Below, piece after piece: positions 56,596 through 64,000 of a DNA stretch of 64,000 nt. The stretch comes from an uncultured Pseudomonadota bacterium (lineage in GTDB: Bacteria > Pseudomonadota > Alphaproteobacteria > RF32 > CAG-239): contig CASFUZ010000005.1 in the NCBI GenBank assembly GCA_949298065.1, positions 2,139 through 66,138 of the forward strand, given 5' to 3'. The notes below the pieces were generated by a model that was given only the letters and a program-made list of their open reading frames with translations, did no database searches and was not told the DNA's origin. The first letter of the stretch is position 1. Every line of letters begins with the position of its first letter. The translations under genes were made by a program, and so were the position numbers.

Positions 56596-57321
56596 ATGAA
56601 TAAGAACGCAAACATAGAGCAGTTGTCTTTCAGCTTTGAACACGAACCCTACCTCGGCAAAGAGGATTTTATGGTAGCCTCTTGCAATGCTGAAGCTTTT
56701 TCTTATGTGGAAAGCTGGCCGAATTGGCCGTTTTTTGCCATCTGTTTATATGGACCTGAAGGTTGCGGCAAAACCCATCTGGCTCATATGTTTGCCGACA
56801 ATGTTTCGGTTAAAACCCATTTTCCGTATAAGATACCGCAAGTTAGAGCTTCTGATGTCAAGCCCGAAACTCTGCGCTTGTTTGAACAACATCCCTGCCT
56901 GATTGTTGAGGATTTAAATAACAATCTCAATTATGAAGCAATGTTTCATTTATATAATCAGTATCGGAATGAAAACGGCTTTATTTTGTTTACCTCGGAA
57001 GTTGCTCCGGCAAGGCTGAATATCCCCTTGCCTGATTTACGCTCAAGACTAAATATTATCCCATCAATTGAAATCAAAGAACCCGATGATGAACTTTTGC
57101 AAGCCCTGATTGTCAAACTATTTACAGACAGACAAGTTACCATCTCACAAGAGGTCTTAAATTACATTATTGCCAATATGCAGCGCTCTTATGCCTACGC
57201 GCGCAAACTTGTAGCCGAGATAGATAACATTTCGTTGGCTCGCAAAAGAGCCATAAGCATCCCCATCGTCAAAGAAGCTCTGGCAGTATTAAATGATAAC
57301 CATCAAGGCGAACTTTTTTAA
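56596..57321 (+). CDS. hdaA: DnaA regulatory inactivator Hda/HdaA
   Basis: EQLSFSF clamp-binding motif, GPEGCGKTHL, LPDLRSRL, PDDELL. Confidence 0.85.
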   Translation: MNKNANIEQLSFSFEHEPYLGKEDFMVASCNAEAFSYVESWPNWPFFAICLYGPEGCGKTHLAHMFADNVSVKTHFPYKIPQVRASDVKPETLRLFEQHPCLIVEDLNNNLNYEAMFHLYNQYRNENGFILFTSEVAPARLNIPLPDLRSRLNIIPSIEIKEPDDELLQALIVKLFTDRQVTISQEVLNYIIANMQRSYAYARKLVAEIDNISLARKRAISIPIVKEALAVLNDNHQGELF

Positions 57322-57344
57322 ACAACCACAAAGAAAGATAACTA

Positions 57345-58949
57345 ATGCTCAAAGGACTATTTTCAAAAACCCCTTGGTTTACGCTCTCCGGCACAAAATT
57401 CAATCTGGCATTTTCGGCATTTCTGCTCTTTGCCTACAATCTTCCATTTGCCAAAAAACTCTGGTTTATTGAACCTTCTGCCTTATTCGTGCTTTGTGGT
57501 ATGCTCTGCGCCTTTTCACTGTTTTGTATAAGCACCACAATCTTGTTTAATAAATATTCGGCCAAGCCTCTGGCTGTACTTCTATCAATTATTAACGCTT
57601 TTGTTCTTTATTTCATGAACACTTACAATACCCCCATTGACAAAGTAATGCTTTTAAACGTCATCCAAACAGATGTTTATGAAGTTCAGGATTTGCTCAG
57701 TTTTAGAATGCTGGCTTACTTTTTGTTTTTAGGCTTACTTCCAAGTTACCTAATATTCAAGACCCAAATAAATTACGGAAACATCAAATCAGAATTTATC
57801 AAAGCCCTCAAAATCATTCTTGGCTCGGCGATTCTTTGCGGAATAATTATGCTCGGCGGATATCAAACAACGGATAAAGTTTTTCGCAATCATCGGGATA
57901 TGAAATATTACTTATCTCCCGTAAACTATATCAGCGCAAGCCTGTCCGTTGCCAAAATGCGGCGCAAATCAAACCATCCTTTTGTCGTTGTCGCGCCGGA
58001 TGCCGAGTTAAATAAATACTGGAAAAACAATAAGAAAAACCTTTTCATCTTTGTTGTTGGTGAAACAGCTCGCGCCGCAAACTTCTCCTTAGGCGGCTAT
58101 GAGCGCCCGACAAATGCTCCGCTCAATAAACATTTGTCAGATATTGTTTATTACTCAGATGCCACAGCTTGCGGAACGTCAACTGCCGTTTCCCTGCCCT
58201 GTATGTTTTCCGCTTATGGACGCAAAGATTTCAAAATCGGTTCGGAAGAATATACCGAAAATATGTTGGATATCCTAAGCAAAAGCGGCTACAAAGTCTT
58301 GTGGCGCGAAAATAATACCGGTTGCAAAAACAATTGCGATAGAGTGGAAATTGAAGACTTTTGCACCAAGAAAACCTGCTTTGACGAAATTTTGCTCACC
58401 AACTTTGCCGAAAAAGTACGGCAAAATAACGGAAACACTTTCATTGTCATGCACCAAACCGGAAGCCACGGTCCGGCTTATTTTGAGCACTACCCCAAAG
58501 AAACGGAACAATGGTCGCCTGTCTGCACAACCGAAAACCTAAGCAGTTGCAGTAAAGAAGAATTAATCAATGTCTATGATAATACGGTTTACTATACCAG
58601 CATTTTCTTGAGTAAAATTATGGATGAGTTAAACAAACTCTCAGATGAATATAATGTTGCACTGATTTATGCCTCAGACCACGGAGAATCTTTAGGGGAA
58701 AAAGGTATTTTCTTACACGCCCAACCTTATGATACGGCACCGGATTATCAAAAAGACATTCCGATGCTTATCTGGCTTCCAAACGATTCGGCCAATGCCT
58801 TTGGCATAGATATATCTTGCATGAAAAAAGCGGCAAATGCGCCTCATTCTCATGACAATCTATTCCACTCAGCTCTAGGTCTTGCCGGCATAAAAACCAA
58901 CATCTACAACCCAAACTTAGACATTTTTGCTTCTTGCAAAAAAAATTAA
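57345..58949 (+). CDS. eptA: phosphoethanolamine transferase (EptA/MCR family)
   Basis: 5 TMs; VVGETARA, CGTSTAVSLPCMFS, HQTGSHGPAY, SDHGESLGE, FLH. Confidence 0.9.
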   Translation: MLKGLFSKTPWFTLSGTKFNLAFSAFLLFAYNLPFAKKLWFIEPSALFVLCGMLCAFSLFCISTTILFNKYSAKPLAVLLSIINAFVLYFMNTYNTPIDKVMLLNVIQTDVYEVQDLLSFRMLAYFLFLGLLPSYLIFKTQINYGNIKSEFIKALKIILGSAILCGIIMLGGYQTTDKVFRNHRDMKYYLSPVNYISASLSVAKMRRKSNHPFVVVAPDAELNKYWKNNKKNLFIFVVGETARAANFSLGGYERPTNAPLNKHLSDIVYYSDATACGTSTAVSLPCMFSAYGRKDFKIGSEEYTENMLDILSKSGYKVLWRENNTGCKNNCDRVEIEDFCTKKTCFDEILLTNFAEKVRQNNGNTFIVMHQTGSHGPAYFEHYPKETEQWSPVCTTENLSSCSKEELINVYDNTVYYTSIFLSKIMDELNKLSDEYNVALIYASDHGESLGEKGIFLHAQPYDTAPDYQKDIPMLIWLPNDSANAFGIDISCMKKAANAPHSHDNLFHSALGLAGIKTNIYNPNLDIFASCKKN

Positions 58950-59000
58950 CAAGTGCAAATTTTTTATCAAAAAAAACTTGCAAAAATTAACGATTTATTA

Positions 59001-59024
59001 TACATACCTACCGGAAAGTATATA
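59001..59024. promoter_or_regulatory. AcrR-type TetR operator
   Basis: 24-bp imperfect palindrome tacatacctaccggaaagtatata (TACATAC half-site) upstream of tetR-MFP-RND. Confidence 0.6.
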
Positions 59025-59053
59025 TAAACATTTAAAAGTAATACAGGGATATT

Positions 59054-59689
59054 ATGCCAAGAAGAACTAAAGAAGAAGCCGAACAAACAAGGCAGGATAT
59101 CTTATATTCTGCATTAGATATATTTTGTGAAAAAGGCTATTCCAAAACCACGTTTGACGAGATAGCCAAGCGCATCAACCTAACCAAAGGGGCTGTGTAC
59201 TGGCATTTTCGCAACAAACCGGACATCATCACCGCACTTATAACAGAAGCGTTTAACCGCACCAACAACGCCATAACCGAAAAGATCCCGGAAGTCAACA
59301 ATCTGGCGGATTTGCGTACACATTTTAAGTGTTTGGCAGAAATTGTGCGAGATGTTCCCAATTATCGCAAGTTTTTATTTTTTATGCTGTTTCAGATGGA
59401 ATGGTCTGAATCTTTGTTTTTACATATCGGTTCCGCTGTCAAAGAGATTCGCGACTTTCCGATAAATACCATCAAACAAGCCCTGACCAATTCACAAAAG
59501 AATGGTGAAATTTCTGAAAACATAAACATCAATGAAACAGCTGTATGCATCTTCAGCCTATGGCAAGGAATGCTTTCTTATGCCATATGCAGAAAATCAT
59601 GGGTTGATTTTCCTAAACTCTTTTTAAACGGATTTGACTTAATAATAAAAGCTCTAAAAGACGAAAGGTCAGACAATGAAACTAGGTAA
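59054..59689 (+). CDS. TetR/AcrR repressor
   Basis: MPRRTKEEAEQTRQDIL...TKGAVYWHFRNK. Confidence 0.93.
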   Translation: MPRRTKEEAEQTRQDILYSALDIFCEKGYSKTTFDEIAKRINLTKGAVYWHFRNKPDIITALITEAFNRTNNAITEKIPEVNNLADLRTHFKCLAEIVRDVPNYRKFLFFMLFQMEWSESLFLHIGSAVKEIRDFPINTIKQALTNSQKNGEISENININETAVCIFSLWQGMLSYAICRKSWVDFPKLFLNGFDLIIKALKDERSDNETR

Positions 59690-60854
59690 AGTAAGTAATA
59701 GAAAAATTCTAAAACAAACTGCAATTTTGCTTTTATGCGTTGGTGCAGGCTGGTTTTTAAAAAGCCGCTTAACCCCTCAAATGCCCATGATGGGAGCCGG
59801 TGGCGGCGACCCATATGTTCTGGTTCAAAAAGTTCAGCAACAAAATATCTCTCCCAAGAGAAGTTATATCGGCCATGTTGAAGCCATTAAGTCTGTTGAC
59901 TTGCGCCCGCAAATAACAGGATATGTAGAAAAAGTCTTGTTTCAGGAAGGTTCTTTAGTCAACGAAGGCGACATTTTGTTTGTCATTGAACAAAAGCGTT
60001 ATATGGCAACCGTTGAACTGCGCGAAGCGGAGTTGGACAGTGCGAAGGCTAATTTGGTCAGAGCCGAGAGAGACTACAAACGTCAAAAATCCTTAAGTAG
60101 TCAAAACTATGCCTCCAAAGCCACTTTGGATACATCTGAGAGCAACTACCTGCAGGCCAAAGCCGCCGTTGCTCAAGCTGAAGCAAATCTGGAACTGGCC
60201 AAAATTGATATGGGTTATACCGAGATTAAAGCTCCGATAACCGGCTATATCGGTAAAGCTTTGGTAACGGAAGGTAACTATGTTAACTCCACAACCCAAA
60301 ACTTGGCACGTATTGTACAAGTAGACCCGATTCGTGTTGCCTTTTCCGTTGCCGATAAGGATTTCTTGAATATGCGTGAACAACGCATGTCTCAAGGCAG
60401 CGATTCTATTAAAACAGAGATTGTTTTACCAAACGGCAAAGTCTTGGTTAATCACCTAAAATCTCGTTTTAATGACAACGAAATCAACTCAGACACAGCC
60501 ACCATCGCGGTCTATGCTGAATACAACAACAAAGACAATCTGTTAATCCCCGGCAACTATGTAGACATTCGTTTGGGTAATAAAGAAGATAAAATGGCTA
60601 TTCTGGTACCGCAAGCCTCAGTTGCTCAAGACAAACATGGTAACTATGTTATGGTTGTGGGTAACGACAACATTGCCTATGAAAGACGCGTTGTTATGGG
60701 AGACACCCTGGAAGATAAGCAAATTGTGTTAGATGGCTTAAAAGCCGATGAACGTGTCATCATCCAAGGCCTGCAAAAAGTAAGCAATGGCCAAAAAGTT
60801 CAAGTTGGTGAGATTGCCAACAATTCAGAAAAAGTTACTGTGGAGGGCAAATAA
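59676..60854 (+). CDS. RND periplasmic adaptor (AcrA-like)
   Basis: VDLRPQITG, FQEGSLV, YTEIKAPITG, VPQASV. Confidence 0.93.
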   Translation: MKLGKVSNRKILKQTAILLLCVGAGWFLKSRLTPQMPMMGAGGGDPYVLVQKVQQQNISPKRSYIGHVEAIKSVDLRPQITGYVEKVLFQEGSLVNEGDILFVIEQKRYMATVELREAELDSAKANLVRAERDYKRQKSLSSQNYASKATLDTSESNYLQAKAAVAQAEANLELAKIDMGYTEIKAPITGYIGKALVTEGNYVNSTTQNLARIVQVDPIRVAFSVADKDFLNMREQRMSQGSDSIKTEIVLPNGKVLVNHLKSRFNDNEINSDTATIAVYAEYNNKDNLLIPGNYVDIRLGNKEDKMAILVPQASVAQDKHGNYVMVVGNDNIAYERRVVMGDTLEDKQIVLDGLKADERVIIQGLQKVSNGQKVQVGEIANNSEKVTVEGK

Positions 60855-60857
60855 ACA

Positions 60858-63800
60858 ATGTTTTCCCGTATTTTCATTGAGCGCCCGCGCTTTGCGATGG
60901 TTATCTCCATCGTATTAACTCTTGCGGGTATCATTTCGGTATTTTCTTTGCCGATTGCCTTGTATCCGGAAATCACACCTCCGGAAATCGTTGTTTCCGC
61001 TTCCTATCCGGGAGCCAGCGCAGAGGTTATTGCCAAAACCGTCGGTATTCCGTTGGAAGAAGAAATCAACGGTGTTGAAGACATGTTATACATGAGCTCA
61101 TCTTCAGAAAACTCATCATACCAATTAACCGTAACCTTCAAAGTCGGCGTTGACCGAGATATGGCGCAAGTTAAGGTACAAAACCGTATCCAACAAGCCC
61201 AATCCAAACTCCCGTCAGACGTTACTAGACAGGGTCTAACGGTTAAGAGCCGTTCTTCAAACATCTTAGGCTTCATCAGCTTGCTCTCACCGAACAACAC
61301 TTATTCGCAACTAGAGTTGGCTGACTATGTTCAAAACAACATCAAAGATAGCCTAAGCCGTGTATCCGGTGTTGGTGAAGTAAACGTTTACTCTTCAAAG
61401 TTAAGTATGCGTGTATGGTTGGATGCAGACAAAATTACGGCATTAAACATTCCGGTAGATACCATTAAAGCTGCCATTGAAGGTCAAAACTACCAACCTT
61501 CCTTGGGTAGCATTGGCGGCATCCCCGGAGACGGCACCCAACAAATGGTTTACACCTTGCAAACTCAAGGACGTATTAATGAAGTTGAAGACTTCAAAAA
61601 CATCATTGTCCGCACAGCTGAACAAGGTGGTTTGGTTTACCTTAAAGATATTGCTCGCGTAGAAATCGGAGAAGAAAACTACCATGCGACATCAAAATTC
61701 AACGGCGCACCGAACGTCGCCATCGCCATCAACCAGTTGGCGGGAGCAAACGCTCTTGATGCCATGGCCGGCGTAAAAGCCGAAATGGAACGTTTGGCTC
61801 AACGTTTTCCTGAAGACATCATCTACACCATTGGTTATGACTCTACAGGCTACATTAAAGCATCCATTGAAGAAGTTGTTTTCACTTTGATTTTGACTTT
61901 TGCATTGGTTATTTTGGTCTGCTACGTTTTCTTGCAAGACTGGCGTTCAACCTTGATTCCGACCCTAACCATTCCAGTCTCTCTGTTTGCCACCTTTGCC
62001 GTTATGTTGGCTTTAGGCTACAGCTTAAACATGATGACCTTGTTTGGTTTGGTCTTGGCCATTGGTTTGGTTGTGGACGACGCTATCGTGGTTGTAGAAC
62101 GTGTTCTGTTCTTAATGGAAAACGAAAAACTCACCCCGAAAGAAGCGACCATCAAAGCTATGGAACAAGTATCAAGTGCGGTTATTGCCACGACCTTGGT
62201 GTTGTTAGCTATCTTTGTACCGGTTGGTTTCTTGGGCGGTATTACCGGACAAATTTACAAACAATTCGCGATTGCGATTTCAACTTCGGTAACCTTCTCT
62301 TCTATCAATGCTTTGACCTTATCTCCGGCTTTGTGCGCAACCTTGCTGAAACCACTCAAACCGGCACAATCAGGTCCGCTGTTTTGGTTTAACCGCATCG
62401 TTAATCGCACCCGCGATCGTTATGCTTCCGTTGTTGGTTTATTAGGACGCAAAGTCAGCGTTATCTTCCTTCTGATGATAATGTTATTTGCCGGTGTAGG
62501 CGGATTCTTACATATCAGCCAAACATCATTCATTCCGTCCGAAGACCAAGGCGTTATCTTCATGAACATTCAGTTGCCTGAGGGTGCAACCCGTAACCGC
62601 ACACAAGAATTTGTTGATAAGATTTACCCCTTGGTTAAAGAAGAACCCGGCGTAGACAATGTAATGAACGTTGTTGGCGCCAGTATGATTGGCGGTTCCG
62701 GCGAAAACGTCGCCATGGGTATTATTACTTTACACCCCTGGAACGAACGTAAAGGAGATGAACTCTATTCATCAAACATCCTAAACCGCATTCGCGCCAA
62801 AGTTACAGGTCTGCCGGAAGCAGAAATTCAATTATTTGAACCGCCTGCAATTATGGGCTTAGGTATGAGTGGTGGTATGGATTATCGTCTGCAAGCCTTA
62901 AACTCTGACGACCCGCAACAACTTGAGGCCGTTTTAAGGAGCTTTTTGGCAAAAATTAATCAAAACCCCAATATCTCATATGCCTATACAACTTATACGG
63001 CTCAAACCCCGAACTACTATATTACGATTGATAAAGAAAAAGCTGAGGCTATGAAAGTAAGTATCGGTAGCATTTATAGTGTTCTGCAAAACTACTTGGG
63101 TTCAAGCTATGTTAACGACGTTAACTTCGGCACACAAGTAAACAAGGTTATGATTCAGGCTGACTGGAAATTCCGTAAGGATTTGGAAAGCTTGAAAAAA
63201 CTGCATGTTCAAAACCAAAACGGCGAGATGGTTCCGCTGGAATCAGTTATCTCAATGAAAAAAGTTTTGGCTCCGCGTGTTGTAACTCGTTATAACCAAT
63301 ATCCGAGTGCTTCAATCACAGCCGTACAAAACCAAGCCTCCAGTACAGGTCAGGCTATGGGCGCAATGGAAGAAATGTCCGCAAGCCTGCCCAATGGTTT
63401 CAGCTATGACTGGTCCGGCATGAGCTATCAGGAAAAATCCAGCAGCGGACAAATCGGCTACTTAATTGTGCTGGCGATGACCTTTGCTTACCTGTTCTTG
63501 GTTGCTCAATATGAGAGCTGGTCAACACCTCTGCCGGTTTTAACCTCTGTATCCGTGGCTATGCTTGGTGCTTTGGCTGGTCTGTTCATCACAGGTCTCC
63601 CGCTGAGTATTTACGCTCAGTTAGGTCTGATTTTGTTGGTAGGTTTGGCAGCCAAGAACGCTATTTTGATTGTTGAGTTCTCCAAAGAAGAAAGAGAAAA
63701 AGGCTCTTCAATCATCAAAGCGGCAACAACTGGTACCAAAGAACGTTTCCGCGCGGTCTTAATGACGGCCTTCACCTTCATCTTAGGCGTTTTGCCGATG

Positions 63801-63971
63801 ATTGTGGCCACAGGTGCCGGCGCGGCCAGCCGAATTGCCATCGGTGTTCCGGTATTTTACGGAATGTTGCTTGGTACGGCAGCCGGTCTGATTATCATTC
63901 CTCTGTTGTACATTCTCTTCCAAACATGGCGAGAAAATACATACAACTGGAAGAACAAAAAAGCCGAATAA
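60858..63971 (+). CDS. RND efflux permease (HAE1, AcrB/BepE-like)
   Basis: [53 protein letters not shown]. Confidence 0.96.
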   Translation: MFSRIFIERPRFAMVISIVLTLAGIISVFSLPIALYPEITPPEIVVSASYPGASAEVIAKTVGIPLEEEINGVEDMLYMSSSSENSSYQLTVTFKVGVDRDMAQVKVQNRIQQAQSKLPSDVTRQGLTVKSRSSNILGFISLLSPNNTYSQLELADYVQNNIKDSLSRVSGVGEVNVYSSKLSMRVWLDADKITALNIPVDTIKAAIEGQNYQPSLGSIGGIPGDGTQQMVYTLQTQGRINEVEDFKNIIVRTAEQGGLVYLKDIARVEIGEENYHATSKFNGAPNVAIAINQLAGANALDAMAGVKAEMERLAQRFPEDIIYTIGYDSTGYIKASIEEVVFTLILTFALVILVCYVFLQDWRSTLIPTLTIPVSLFATFAVMLALGYSLNMMTLFGLVLAIGLVVDDAIVVVERVLFLMENEKLTPKEATIKAMEQVSSAVIATTLVLLAIFVPVGFLGGITGQIYKQFAIAISTSVTFSSINALTLSPALCATLLKPLKPAQSGPLFWFNRIVNRTRDRYASVVGLLGRKVSVIFLLMIMLFAGVGGFLHISQTSFIPSEDQGVIFMNIQLPEGATRNRTQEFVDKIYPLVKEEPGVDNVMNVVGASMIGGSGENVAMGIITLHPWNERKGDELYSSNILNRIRAKVTGLPEAEIQLFEPPAIMGLGMSGGMDYRLQALNSDDPQQLEAVLRSFLAKINQNPNISYAYTTYTAQTPNYYITIDKEKAEAMKVSIGSIYSVLQNYLGSSYVNDVNFGTQVNKVMIQADWKFRKDLESLKKLHVQNQNGEMVPLESVISMKKVLAPRVVTRYNQYPSASITAVQNQASSTGQAMGAMEEMSASLPNGFSYDWSGMSYQEKSSSGQIGYLIVLAMTFAYLFLVAQYESWSTPLPVLTSVSVAMLGALAGLFITGLPLSIYAQLGLILLVGLAAKNAILIVEFSKEEREKGSSIIKAATTGTKERFRAVLMTAFTFILGVLPMIVATGAGAASRIAIGVPVFYGMLLGTAAGLIIIPLLYILFQTWRENTYNWKNKKAE

Positions 63972-63976
63972 CAACA

Positions 63977-64000
63977 AAAAATTCCCTCTTGAAGAGGGAA
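63977..64000 (+). terminator. terminator after the RND gene (cut by the window end)
   Basis: aaaaattccctct-tga-agagggaa. Confidence 0.65.

Overview
This ~40% GC chromosomal window comes from an alphaproteobacterium, most likely an anaerobic, gut-type Rhodospirillales-like lineage. The lineage call is inferred from gcrA, cckA, mipZ, hdaA, rpoZ-spoT-acpS-lepB, rluD-rpoH, fliQ-fliR-flhB-cckA, a NifJ-type PFOR, and a tRNA-His that keeps G-1:C73. Most of the window is housekeeping. Four things stand out. (1) A stand-alone VirD4/T4CP locus (about 35.2-42.9 kb) has no relaxase or virB genes in the window. It contains two paralogous Trp-rich membrane proteins (one fused to a NERD-like domain) and ends in an HNH-like/SUKH(YrhA)-like toxin-immunity pair. 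A second, paralogous HNH/SUKH pair sits at 25.1-27.4 kb. (2) A structured non-coding element sits behind both tRNA genes (Gly-CCC and His-GUG). It is bracketed by direct and inverted copies of the 3' end of the local tRNA, and the two loci share a 12-mer and same-shaped hairpins. (3) Several genes look acquired from other gut phyla: Bacteroidota-type murD-murC, and a Bacillota-type CadA cassette and M29 peptidase. (4) Several enzyme folds have degenerate catalytic motifs. All family assignments come from motif recognition by eye; no database search was run.
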